Assembly: GCA_963828165.1 (NCBI GenBank) | Contig: CAWHDR010000001.1 | Coordinates: forward strand, 1,120,001 to 1,184,000 | Source of the DNA: an uncultured Chloroflexia bacterium | Lineage (GTDB): Bacteria > Chloroflexota > Limnocylindria > Limnocylindrales > CSP1-4 | Reading direction: 5' to 3' | DNA length: 64,000 nt | In this document: one piece after another, positions 54,254-63,741 of the stretch | Numbering within the stretch: the first letter of the stretch is position 1 | How the letters are laid out: each line of letters starts with the position of its first letter | Position numbers and translations under genes: made by a program | The notes under the pieces: model-generated | Told to the model about the DNA's origin: nothing | Database searches by the model: none | What the model saw: the letters and a program-made list of their open reading frames with translations, nothing else

Positions 54254-55057
54254 GTGCGTACGTCGCTCGGCCGCGCCGAAACCGATCGGGTCTTGGTTCG
54301 CGGACGCGACTTAACGGGCGAGCTCCTGGGAAAGACCACCTTCGCGGACATGGTGTCGATCATTCTCCTAGGGCGGCAGCCGTTGGTCGCAGAGGCCAAG
54401 ATGATCGACGCTCTCCTCGTCGCGCTCGTCGAACACGGACTCGTCAAGCCTGTGGTCGTCGCCCGTTTCGTGTACAGCAACGCGCCGGAGTCCCTGCAGG
54501 CGGCGGTCGCGGCGTCCCTGCTCGGTGCCGGCAGTCGCCACCTCGGATCGTCGGAGTGGTGCGCGCAGGTCCTGCAGGTGACGCTGCGTGGGTCGTCAAT
54601 CTCGGACGACCTCAGGACCATGGCCGCGCGTGTCGTCGACGACCACGCCGCCCGGCGCGAACGCATCCCCGGCATTGGCCACAGGACGCACCCCGACGGC
54701 GACCCGCGTGCGGAGCGGCTTTTCGAGATCGCGACCGGGACGGCCACCTACGGACGGCACTGCGCCCTGCTTCGGGAGATCTCCGACGAGGCTTCGCGGC
54801 GGCGGGAAACGCCCCTCGCGGTCAATGTGACTGGTGCGATCGCGGCCATCGCGAGTGACATGGGTTTCCGGTGGGAGATCGTCCGCGGCTTCGCGTTGAT
54901 CAGCCGAACCCTCGGGGCGCTGGGCCACATCCAGGAGGAGATGGCCGAGCCGCTCTCCGATGAGCTCGTCCGCGAGATCCAGCGCTCTGTCGAGTACGAC
55001 CCGGGCGCGGAAGTCGGGGTCGACGCCGAGTCCTCAGGGCGGCGGGATGGCGTCTGA
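54254..55057 (+). CDS. Citryl-CoA lyase-like (citrate synthase fold) protein
   Basis: VRGRDL, EHG, IPGIGH..H...DPRA, NVTGAIA. Confidence 0.85.
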   Translation: MRTSLGRAETDRVLVRGRDLTGELLGKTTFADMVSIILLGRQPLVAEAKMIDALLVALVEHGLVKPVVVARFVYSNAPESLQAAVAASLLGAGSRHLGSSEWCAQVLQVTLRGSSISDDLRTMAARVVDDHAARRERIPGIGHRTHPDGDPRAERLFEIATGTATYGRHCALLREISDEASRRRETPLAVNVTGAIAAIASDMGFRWEIVRGFALISRTLGALGHIQEEMAEPLSDELVREIQRSVEYDPGAEVGVDAESSGRRDGV

Positions 55058-56290
55058 GGTCGGGGCATTCACCGGGGCAGCGGGGAGCGCAGCCGACCGT
55101 CTGGCTTCTATGGACGCGACGACACCGAGAGGGACCAGGATCAGACAGGCGAGCAAGGCGCCGACGGCTCCGAAAGTCGCCGCGATGATCCCACCGAGCA
55201 ATGCCGTGGCTGGCCGCGATCCTAGGTGCGCCAGCGTGTGGATAGAAAGCACCCGGCCACGGAACTCGTCCGAGACGGTCTCCTGAAGGAAAGCGGTGGA
55301 GGACGTGAATGCCAAGGCGTGGCCGACCCCAATCACAGACAGCCCGAGCAGCCCGATCGCAACGTTCGGCGCGGTAATCGCGATGAGGAGCCCGGCACCA
55401 CCACATAGGAAGCCCGCGATCGGGACTTCGACGTGCTTACTATCGCGAAACGCCGGGAAAACACGGAAAGCCAGGAGGCCGACGACCGATCCGACGCTCA
55501 CGGCCGCGATGACTACTCCGGCGAAGGCGTCCGACCCAGCGAAGATCTCGACGGCGATTAGCGGACTCAGCGTGCGGACGATCTCCGGAAAGACCCCGAC
55601 CGCCAGGACCGCGGCCAAGGTCGCCCGGATTCGACGATGGGCCCAGGCGTGGGCGACCCCGTCCCGCATCGCACGCCCGGCGTTCGTCCCGGGGATGATC
55701 CCCGACGGCGAAAGCGGCAGGGACGACATCGCCCACACCGGGATGAGGAAGGTGATCGCGTTGAGCGCGAAGGCTGATGCTGGAGCGTCCGCCAGAAGGA
55801 ACGCCGAGGCGAGCAGGGGCCCGACGAGCTGCCCAATCGAGAATTGCATGGTGACAGCAGCGGTCGCCTCCGTCAGTTGGGCCCGCGGGACTAGCGACGG
55901 CACCATCGCGACGAGCGCCGGCTTGGCGAGGGCATACGAGCCATGCGTTGTAAACGCGACCAGCGCGATCAATGGCCACGATGCCTGCTCCGCCCAGATC
56001 GTCACGGCGGCGACAGCTGCAGCGGCGGCCGCGACCAGGTGGGTTGCGACGACGACTTGGCGTCGGTCGACGCGGTCTGACAGCACGCCCGCCGGCAAGG
56101 ACAACACCAGCAAGGGCAGGAACGAGACAAATCCCAGGATACCGACGTACAGGGCCGAGCCGGTGAGTTGGAACACAGTGACGGCGGCCACGACGTTCTG
56201 GAGCCACGTCCCGATGTTGCTCAGCATTCCCGAGACCCAGTACCGCCTAAACGCGGGCCGGCGGAAGAGCGCCACCCGATCTGCCGTCAT
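55034..56290 (-). CDS. MFS transporter (DHA3-like)
   Basis: SNIGTW, GVLSDRVDRR, FRGRVLS. Confidence 0.9.
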   Translation of the reverse strand: MTADRVALFRRPAFRRYWVSGMLSNIGTWLQNVVAAVTVFQLTGSALYVGILGFVSFLPLLVLSLPAGVLSDRVDRRQVVVATHLVAAAAAAVAAVTIWAEQASWPLIALVAFTTHGSYALAKPALVAMVPSLVPRAQLTEATAAVTMQFSIGQLVGPLLASAFLLADAPASAFALNAITFLIPVWAMSSLPLSPSGIIPGTNAGRAMRDGVAHAWAHRRIRATLAAVLAVGVFPEIVRTLSPLIAVEIFAGSDAFAGVVIAAVSVGSVVGLLAFRVFPAFRDSKHVEVPIAGFLCGGAGLLIAITAPNVAIGLLGLSVIGVGHALAFTSSTAFLQETVSDEFRGRVLSIHTLAHLGSRPATALLGGIIAATFGAVGALLACLILVPLGVVASIEARRSAALPAAPVNAPTSDAIPPP

Positions 56291-56340
56291 GACCGCGCCA
56301 AGGCGGTCAAGATCCGTGCGAGGCCGCCGTCAACTGGCAA

Positions 56341-56392
56341 GATTGCCCACGAGACCTCACAAAGTGCATACAATCACGTTGCCATTGTCCAC
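56341..56392. promoter_or_regulatory. Three GntR-type boxes in a divergent promoter region
   Basis: GATTGCCCAC, AAGTGCATACAATC, CATTGTCCAC. Confidence 0.5.
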
Positions 56393-56452
56393 GGTACTGA
56401 GCCGCGGTTCAAGTGGGTCGGTCATGTCCCTTTATGAGAAGGAGCTCCCCGG

Positions 56453-57283
56453 ATGATCGTTGACGAGCGCGGCACCGAATACTTCGTGTTCGATGATCAC
56501 ACCCACATGGGGCCAAGGGCCAACCCGTCGCTCGCCTTTCCGTCGGCGTTCGACCTTGGCGAGATGCTCGGTGACATGGACCGCTCCGGGGTCGACATGG
56601 CCGTCGCGTTCCCGCGATCGAACCCGGTGACGGACTACCGAACGGAGAACGAACTGATCCTCTCCTTCCAGGAGAAGCACCCCGACCGGATCGCGGCCTT
56701 CGCCCGGATCCAGCCCTTCTTCAAGGCGACCGGGCCGTCCGACATCCGGGAGTACGCCGGCCGGGGCGTTCGCGGCCTCAAGTTCCACCCGATTATCGAC
56801 GGGGGCAACAACGCGGTCAACAATCGGGAGCTTATGTTCCCCTTGATGGAGGAGGCGGCCCGCCAGAAGATGACGGTTTTGATCCACAGCGGGTCGCACT
56901 GGAACTGCACGCCCTCGCTCATCGGCGACTTGGCGGCCCATTTTCCCGACGCAAAGGTCATCGTCGGCCACACCGGGCTGTGGGACAACCACCAAGAAGC
57001 GATCGCCACCGCCAAACGCGTCCCCAACCTGTACCTCGATGTCTCCGAGCTCGCAGGGCCGGCGATCGTCCGTCTCGTCGTGCGTGAGGTGGGGGCCGAG
57101 CGTGTAATGTTCGGCTCGGACCATCCCATGAGCCCGTTCGGCTTCGAGCTAGGCAAGATCGCCAAGTACGCGGAGCTCAGCGACGAGGAGCTGCATCTGG
57201 TCCTGGGCCGAAACATCGCGAGGCTGCTGGGGATCGAGCCGACCACGGACGGGCGTCCGCGCGTGCCTGTCGCCGCCCTCTAG
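56453..57283 (+). CDS. Amidohydrolase_2 family metal-dependent enzyme
   Basis: DDHTH, GLKFHP, IHSG, GH.G, FGSDHP. Confidence 0.9.
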   Translation: MIVDERGTEYFVFDDHTHMGPRANPSLAFPSAFDLGEMLGDMDRSGVDMAVAFPRSNPVTDYRTENELILSFQEKHPDRIAAFARIQPFFKATGPSDIREYAGRGVRGLKFHPIIDGGNNAVNNRELMFPLMEEAARQKMTVLIHSGSHWNCTPSLIGDLAAHFPDAKVIVGHTGLWDNHQEAIATAKRVPNLYLDVSELAGPAIVRLVVREVGAERVMFGSDHPMSPFGFELGKIAKYAELSDEELHLVLGRNIARLLGIEPTTDGRPRVPVAAL

Positions 57284-57301
57284 GGCGGTGAGCTCTTACC
57301 G

Positions 57302-58192
57302 ATGACCGCGATGAAGATCGGCGTGATCGGCCTCGGCCGGATGGGTCGACCGATGGCTCAACACATGGTTCGGGCCGGCCACTCCGTCTACGGATACGAC
57401 CCTAGGATGGGGGAAATCTTCGGTGGCGAGACTGCTGGGATCGCGCTCCGGGGTTCCCCGGCGCTGGTGGGGGCGGAAGCCGACCTGACGTTCCTGGTCG
57501 TCGGTTTCGATGACGAGGTCCTTGAGGCCTGCCTGGGCCGCGATGGGGTCTTTTCGACCGCGCGCAGCGGCTCGATCGTCGCCATCTGCAGCACCGTCCG
57601 CGTCGAGACGATCATCACCCTTGATTCCTCGGCGGCCGAGCATGGCATCGCTATGCTCGATGCCCCGCTCTGTCGCGCCGAGCACGCGGCTGTGTCGGCT
57701 GACCTTCTCGTTCTCGTAGGCGGCGACCGAGAGACCCACTTGAAGGCAGAACCGGTGATGCGGGCCTTCGCTACCGATATCGCCTACCTGGGCGGCCTCG
57801 GCGCGGGTCAGGTGGGAAAGATGGTCAACAACTACGTGCTTTGGGCGACGGTCGTCGCGAATTACGAAGGGCTGCGGCTCGGGCAGGCAGCCGGCCTGGA
57901 ACTCGAGCCGCTGCGCCAGGCGCTGCTTCTCAGCAGCGCCGACAACTGGGCGCTGGAAACGTGGCGCAAGGGTCGCCCGATGCCGTGGGCGGAAAAGGAC
58001 ATGACCATCGTGCTCGAAGCGGCGGGATCGCTCGGCCTGGATCTTCCACTGGCGGACTCGGTCCGTGTCGCTATCGCTGAGGTCCGCGGGCTGAAGGAAC
58101 GCTGGCGAACGTCGAACGGGGTCGCCCCAGGTGGCGATGCGGACAGCATGGACGCCTTCATGTCGGCGACGGCGCCCGAGGTTCGGCACTGA
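57302..58192 (+). CDS. Beta-hydroxyacid (3-hydroxyisobutyrate-type) dehydrogenase
   Basis: IGLGRMG, DAPL, GAGQVGKMVNN, KD. Confidence 0.88.
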   Translation: MTAMKIGVIGLGRMGRPMAQHMVRAGHSVYGYDPRMGEIFGGETAGIALRGSPALVGAEADLTFLVVGFDDEVLEACLGRDGVFSTARSGSIVAICSTVRVETIITLDSSAAEHGIAMLDAPLCRAEHAAVSADLLVLVGGDRETHLKAEPVMRAFATDIAYLGGLGAGQVGKMVNNYVLWATVVANYEGLRLGQAAGLELEPLRQALLLSSADNWALETWRKGRPMPWAEKDMTIVLEAAGSLGLDLPLADSVRVAIAEVRGLKERWRTSNGVAPGGDADSMDAFMSATAPEVRH

Positions 58193-58201
58193 GACACTGA
58201 A

Positions 58202-59050
58202 CTACCGCTGAAGGCGCTCATCGAGGAATGCGCCCACGATCCGCGCGATCGTCGGCGCGTGCTCATCGACCATGAAGACGCCGCCCTCCGGGACCATCAC
58301 GACGCGGCTGTCGCGGAACAGCCGTGCTGCGGCTTCCTGGCCGGCGCGCGACAGGACGTCTCGCCGCCCCGCGATCAAGAGCGTGGGGCAGCGAACCAGG
58401 GGCGCCCTCGGGCCGACATCGAACGGGAATGTCTCGGCATAGACTAGGTCGTAGCGCGTCGCGGCCAGCGTGTCGACCAACTCTCGATGCAACAGGTCCG
58501 GGCTGGAGGTAGGCGACAGGGCCCGTAGGCGCTCCCACTCGCGTTTGACGTGGCCCGCATCCGCCTCCGGGATCATCGGAAGGACCGTCTTCGCCCGCCA
58601 CCGCCGCTCGCGCTCTTCCGGTGTCCCGTAGTACGGAAGGCCGGCTAGGACGAGGGCACTGACGCGATCGGGCGCGATAGCCGCGATCTCGACCGCGACT
58701 TTCGCCCCGGTATGGTGGCCCATCAGAACGACGGGTCCGTCGATGCCCAGGTCGTCCAGGAATCGGAGCGTCGATTCGGCTAGGCGCGACACGCCGGAGG
58801 CGGCAGCGCCCGCGTCGGACCCACCGAACCCCGGGAAATCCATCGCGATCGGCGTGTACCCACCATCGGCAAGGAAGGGCATCACGGCCTCGTACATCCG
58901 CGAGGAGCTCGAAACCTGGTGCAGCAGGAGCATCGGCTGGCCGTCGCTGGTCCGCAGCGAGCGGTAGTGGACCTGGCGGCCGGGCGGGCCGACATAGGCA
59001 CGGGCGACCCCGTCCGACGATCCGGTGTCGGCCGGATTATCGATGCGCAC
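58202..59050 (-). CDS. Alpha/beta hydrolase with GHHTG elbow
   Basis: QVHYR, LLHQ, DFPGFGGS, GHHTGA; the GTG start overlaps the upstream gene end. Confidence 0.8.
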   Translation of the reverse strand: MRIDNPADTGSSDGVARAYVGPPGRQVHYRSLRTSDGQPMLLLHQVSSSSRMYEAVMPFLADGGYTPIAMDFPGFGGSDAGAAASGVSRLAESTLRFLDDLGIDGPVVLMGHHTGAKVAVEIAAIAPDRVSALVLAGLPYYGTPEERERRWRAKTVLPMIPEADAGHVKREWERLRALSPTSSPDLLHRELVDTLAATRYDLVYAETFPFDVGPRAPLVRCPTLLIAGRRDVLSRAGQEAAARLFRDSRVVMVPEGGVFMVDEHAPTIARIVGAFLDERLQR

Positions 59051-60761
59051 AGACGACGTCGACGAGCGCGGGCCGGCCCTCGCTCGCAACCACTTGGGCC
59101 GCTCGCTCGACGCTCGCCCTGACGTCGCCGGGTCGCTCGACGGGACCTTCAGCCCACCAGCCGAACGAGCGAGCCAGCTGAGCGAAATCGATACTCGGCC
59201 CGTCGATCTCGATGCCGATCGCCGCTCGCTCGATCGGAGTCCCGCGGTGCCGCGCCATGAGTATCTGATGGTGCCAGTCGTTGTAGTACGCCCGGTTGTT
59301 GTACATGACGAGCAGGAGCGGCAACCGATTCGTGGCGGCGACCCAAAGCGAGGCGGGATCGAATAGCAGGTCGCCGTCCGGCTGGAGGCCGACGACCAGG
59401 CGGCCCTTGCCGCGGTGGGCCAGGGCCACACCCAGCGACATACCAATCTGCGTGGCCGTACCCAGGCTCTTGCCCGGGTGCCGGTACGCGCGATCGAAGT
59501 CCCAGACCCGGGTCGCCCACTCGTTGAGCGTCCCGGCGGCGAGCACCCAATCATGCTCCCGCACGACAGACCAGACTTCCGAAGCCAGCCAGGCGGGCGC
59601 GACGGGGCGGTCATCGGCATGCTTGACGGCTTCCCGCTCCCAGTCCGATCGCATCTGGCGATGAGCGGCCCTAATCCGAGCCCGACGCTGCTCGCGTGCC
59701 TCTTGCTGCGTCCCCGCCTCCGAGCCGAGCAGTTCCTGGCATCGTGCGAGGAGGAGGGGCAGCGCAACGGCCGTGTCCGACGGCACCTGGACGTCGACGG
59801 GCAGCGGCGCGCCCTGGTGCTGGACCCAGGACGATGCGTGCAGGTCGCCGAATCCGACGTCGATCAGGCGCGCACCCTCGGCGAGGCGGGAGCTGTCGCG
59901 CGTCTGGGTCTCGGTTTGCGACACAGCCCGCAGGAGATCCTTGACGTCAAGGAAGACAACGACATCAGCGGTGTCGGGGACACCGAGTCCTGTCAGGTTC
60001 ATCGGGTGCGTGTTGGGCGCGCTGAGGCGGGAGCCGGTATCGATGATGCGAGCTCCGAGCAGCGTGGCTAGCTGCGGGATCAATGTGAACGCGGCGGGAT
60101 CACGACCGGCGTAGCCCGTCACGATCACCGGCTCCTCGGCCGCGACGAGCATCCGGGCAGCCGCATCCAGACGTTGTGGGTCGGGTCCGTGTCGGCCGAC
60201 CGACGTGATTCGTTCATCCGCGATCGATCGCCGGACCTCAGTTGGCTGTTCCTGAAGGTCCGCATCGATGGCGACATATACGGGGCCGGCAGGCTCGCCG
60301 ATGGCTAAGCGATAGGCCCGCAGGAGGCTGTCCGGGATGGCGGCGATCGAGGCTGGCTGATCGTCCCACTTCACGAAGTCCCGAACGGCGTTCCCCTGGA
60401 CGTTCGCCGTGTGGATCCAGTCGATCTCGGGTCGCCGCCTCATCGTATCCATCGGCCCTGCGCCGCCCAGGACGATGACTGGGCAGCGGTCCGTTGTCGC
60501 GTAGAACAGGCCGAGACTGCCATGGAGCAGTCCGACCACATCGTGGACTATCGCCGCCATCGGCCGGCCAGTGGCTTTGGCAAAGCCGTGGGCAATGTTG
60601 ATCGCGATCTTCTCGTGTGGACACAGGATGATCGACGGCGCGTCCGACCGATTGACAAGTGAGTCATGGATCCCGCGGAAGCTCGCGCCCGGGTTCAACG
60701 CCACATGTTCGATTCCGAGGTCGATGAGGCCATCAACCACGACGTCAGATCCATATCGCAT
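59037..60761 (-). CDS. Thiamine-diphosphate-dependent enzyme (ALS/benzoylformate decarboxylase-like)
   Basis: NPGASF, HE catalytic Glu, PDGDLL...YNN ThDP motif. Confidence 0.9.
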   Translation of the reverse strand: MRYGSDVVVDGLIDLGIEHVALNPGASFRGIHDSLVNRSDAPSIILCPHEKIAINIAHGFAKATGRPMAAIVHDVVGLLHGSLGLFYATTDRCPVIVLGGAGPMDTMRRRPEIDWIHTANVQGNAVRDFVKWDDQPASIAAIPDSLLRAYRLAIGEPAGPVYVAIDADLQEQPTEVRRSIADERITSVGRHGPDPQRLDAAARMLVAAEEPVIVTGYAGRDPAAFTLIPQLATLLGARIIDTGSRLSAPNTHPMNLTGLGVPDTADVVVFLDVKDLLRAVSQTETQTRDSSRLAEGARLIDVGFGDLHASSWVQHQGAPLPVDVQVPSDTAVALPLLLARCQELLGSEAGTQQEAREQRRARIRAAHRQMRSDWEREAVKHADDRPVAPAWLASEVWSVVREHDWVLAAGTLNEWATRVWDFDRAYRHPGKSLGTATQIGMSLGVALAHRGKGRLVVGLQPDGDLLFDPASLWVAATNRLPLLLVMYNNRAYYNDWHHQILMARHRGTPIERAAIGIEIDGPSIDFAQLARSFGWWAEGPVERPGDVRASVERAAQVVASEGRPALVDVVCAHR

Positions 60762-60764
60762 CGA

Positions 60765-61586
60765 TCAACCTTCCTGACGACGTGGTGTTCCAGCGGACGG
60801 GGGGAGCAGTCCGCGCTGCGAGAGAAACGCGAGGACCCGTCCGTCGTACTCCCAGGGCTGCTCGAGGTTCGGGGCGTGCCCCGCGCCATCGATGGTCTGG
60901 TGCTCGGCGCCGACGATGGATCTCGCGAGTTCGAGGCTGCCGGCCCAGGCCTTATCCTCGGATCCGGCGAGCACGAGCGTGGGACATCGGATGCGCGCTT
61001 CCGGTGGCGGGTCGGGCGCGACCGTGCTCGCGTCGTACATCCGCAAGATGCTGTCGAGGTCAGCTAGGTCGGCGCGGTCGGCGTAGATCGTCGCGAGGTA
61101 GCCCCCGATCGCCGTATCGCGGAAGCCCGGCGAGAACAGCTCGGAGACGTAATCGGCCCGGTAGCCAAGGCCACGCGCCGCGAACTCGTTTCGTCGAGCG
61201 AGCGCAAATTCACGAGATCCGGTCGGCCCACGAGTCCCGGACAGGATCAGGGCACTAACCTCGTCCGGGTGGGTCGCTGCGATCTCTTTTGCGACGCGCG
61301 CTCCTAGCGAGACGCCGGCGACGATGTAGGGCGGGGGCGCGATCCGGGTCAGGGTCGTCCAGACCGAGTCCGCGACGTCCGGGATGGTCACTCCCACGGG
61401 GGCGGGACCGGATTCGCCATATCCGGGCAGATCGACGGCGACCGTCCGGAACCAGGCCGAGAAGTGGGCCAGCTGATATGCCCAGGCCCACGAGTCGAGC
61501 GGATTCGGGTGGAGCAGGGCGAACGCCGGGCCCCTTCCGGCCTCGCGATGGAACAAGCGCCGCGGGATCACGTCAGGCCGGCCCAT
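60765..61586 (-). CDS. Alpha/beta hydrolase
   Basis: DLPGYGES, GVSLG, GSED, AGHAPNLEQP. Confidence 0.88.
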   Translation of the reverse strand: MGRPDVIPRRLFHREAGRGPAFALLHPNPLDSWAWAYQLAHFSAWFRTVAVDLPGYGESGPAPVGVTIPDVADSVWTTLTRIAPPPYIVAGVSLGARVAKEIAATHPDEVSALILSGTRGPTGSREFALARRNEFAARGLGYRADYVSELFSPGFRDTAIGGYLATIYADRADLADLDSILRMYDASTVAPDPPPEARIRCPTLVLAGSEDKAWAGSLELARSIVGAEHQTIDGAGHAPNLEQPWEYDGRVLAFLSQRGLLPPSAGTPRRQEG

Positions 61587-62808
61587 CCGCGGCCTCCTTT
61601 CGTTTCTGGGTCGCCAAGGGATTTGCGGGCATCGTGCTCATGATCAGGGCCGCGACCAAATAGCTCGCCGCCATGAGAGTGAACCCGGCCCCGAAGCCGG
61701 CGATATGGATGATGCCACCGAGGATGACGGCCCAGAGCGCTCCGACTCCGAACGTGATTGCGAAGAAGAGGGAGAACGCCGAATCTCGCTCGCCCGGCTC
61801 CGTCCGGTCGGCGAGGATCGCCTGGAGGATGGGCGATTCGGAGAACACCGCCATCCCGAAAGGCACCAACGCGATGATCAGTGCGATGAGATTCGTCCCT
61901 GCCGCGAAAAAGAGGAGGACCCCGCCCGCGGACGCGAGGTAGTAGAGGATGGCCACCTTTCGCCGTCCGTGCCGGTCGGAAAGGTAGCCCGCGAGGAGAG
62001 GCCCGACGACGCTGCCAACGAGCAGCAGGGTATAGAGGACGGAGACCACCCCATGGGCGTATCCGAGTGGCCCGCCGAGATAGAGGAGCACGAACGGCGC
62101 GATCAGGAGTCCGCGGCCGCCCGCGACGATCGTCGCGACCGCGATGAGCGTTGCGAGCTCCCGTCGACGAGCGAACGACCACCGACGTGGAGGCGCGGCT
62201 GAGGACTGCGCGGGCCTCGCCACCGGGACCTCTCGGATCAGGATGGGGACCACGAGGCCCATGACCAGGGCCGGGATCGCGAACAGGGCGAGAGTGACGT
62301 TCCATCCGGCGAGCGCGATCATCCAGGCGCCGAGGATGGGGATCGCGACCGCTCCGAGGTTCGCCCCAGCCGTATGGGCGCTGATCGCAAGTCCGCGCCG
62401 GGAGGGCGTGACGTGATCGCTGATCAACGCCGTCCCGAGGGGATGCTGCGGACTGCCCCCGAGCCGCGCACCCGCCAGAGCGATGACGAACTGCCTGGGT
62501 CCCTGCGATAGGCCCACCAGGACGAGGCTGATCCCGAGCACGACGTAGCCGACCGCCAGCACCCGGACGCGCGACACGCGAGCGACCAGCGTCCCGTACG
62601 CGATCTGCGAGAAGCCTCCAACCAGATCGGTGATCGCGATGATCGCGCCGATCGAGGCCGCCGTTAGTCCGAACTGAGCGCTGACGGAGACGTACACGAG
62701 AGGCATCAGCGCCACCTGAGCATGGATGATCGCGTGGGCGAAGGACATCAGCCCCAGGACAGTCCGAGGCTTTGGTGCTCCGCTGAGTGGCCTGGAGGCC
62801 GTGTGCAC
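61573..62808 (-). CDS. MFS transporter (Fsr-like)
   Basis: About 12 hydrophobic segments; QHPLG, GYLSDRHGRR. Confidence 0.88.
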   Translation of the reverse strand: MHTASRPLSGAPKPRTVLGLMSFAHAIIHAQVALMPLVYVSVSAQFGLTAASIGAIIAITDLVGGFSQIAYGTLVARVSRVRVLAVGYVVLGISLVLVGLSQGPRQFVIALAGARLGGSPQHPLGTALISDHVTPSRRGLAISAHTAGANLGAVAIPILGAWMIALAGWNVTLALFAIPALVMGLVVPILIREVPVARPAQSSAAPPRRWSFARRRELATLIAVATIVAGGRGLLIAPFVLLYLGGPLGYAHGVVSVLYTLLLVGSVVGPLLAGYLSDRHGRRKVAILYYLASAGGVLLFFAAGTNLIALIIALVPFGMAVFSESPILQAILADRTEPGERDSAFSLFFAITFGVGALWAVILGGIIHIAGFGAGFTLMAASYLVAALIMSTMPANPLATQKRKEAADGPA

Positions 62809-62852
62809 CTCAGACGTCGCGCGACGGTGTCGGCGACGTCCAGGCCCCAGCG

Positions 62853-63740
62853 CTACCTGCCGGCATCACGCACGATCGCCACGACGCGCTCAGCGTCTCG
62901 CACGACTCGTTCGCCCCCGGCAGCGTCGGCCATCAGAACCAGATGATCGGAGCCCGCGTCGGCCAGACGGATGGCCAATGCTGACGTGTCCCGAATGGTG
63001 TGTTCGTCCGTGCTCGTCTTGAGTTGCACGGACACCGTGACCTCGCGCGGGTCTCGCCCGATAGCTCCGCAATAGGTTCGAAGCGCCTCAAGCTTCCGAC
63101 TGAAGGCATCGAGATCGAGCCCCTTGGCAGCCGAATGGTTCCAACCATCCGCGTATCGGGCGACGAGTCGCAGACCGATTCGTTCTCCGGCGGTCCCGAG
63201 CCAGATCGGCGGCCCCCCCGACGTGCGCGGAGCAGGCTCGAATACGGCCGTCTTAGGGACTTCGAAAGACCGGTCCTGGCGCGTGACCGGGAGAGTACCC
63301 TCGGCGTGGTCCGGGGCTCCCCACAGCTGTCGGATCGACCGCAGACTGCCCTCGAGCAGGGCCATTCGCTCGGCCAACACCGGCATCGGTAACCCGAAGT
63401 CGGCGGCTTCTGTAACGTGCCAGCCGGCCCCAAGGCCGAGGACGAACCGGCCGTCAGTCGCGTGATCCATCACGGTCGCCATCTTCGCGAGCAACGACGC
63501 GTTCCGGTAAGGAACAGCCATGACCAGGTGACCGATCGTCTTCGACCCGGACCGATGCGCCAGCACGGCCAAGCTCGTCCAGCCCTCAAGGCACGGCCCG
63601 CGACCGGCGATCGGGTAGAGGTGATCGAACGACCAGAGCGAATCGAACGCCTCAGAAGCGCCCGCCGCCGCCCAGGTGCGTTCGAGCGTTTTGAAATCGA
63701 CCCATTGCGGACTGAGTTTCAGGCCAATTCGCATCGGCAT
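62853..63740 (-). CDS. LLM-class (F420-type) oxidoreductase
   Basis: MRIGLKLSPQ, FDSLWSFDHLYP, LLAKMATVMD, GLGAGW. Confidence 0.88.
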   Translation of the reverse strand: MPMRIGLKLSPQWVDFKTLERTWAAAGASEAFDSLWSFDHLYPIAGRGPCLEGWTSLAVLAHRSGSKTIGHLVMAVPYRNASLLAKMATVMDHATDGRFVLGLGAGWHVTEAADFGLPMPVLAERMALLEGSLRSIRQLWGAPDHAEGTLPVTRQDRSFEVPKTAVFEPAPRTSGGPPIWLGTAGERIGLRLVARYADGWNHSAAKGLDLDAFSRKLEALRTYCGAIGRDPREVTVSVQLKTSTDEHTIRDTSALAIRLADAGSDHLVLMADAAGGERVVRDAERVVAIVRDAGR

Positions 63741-63741
63741 C

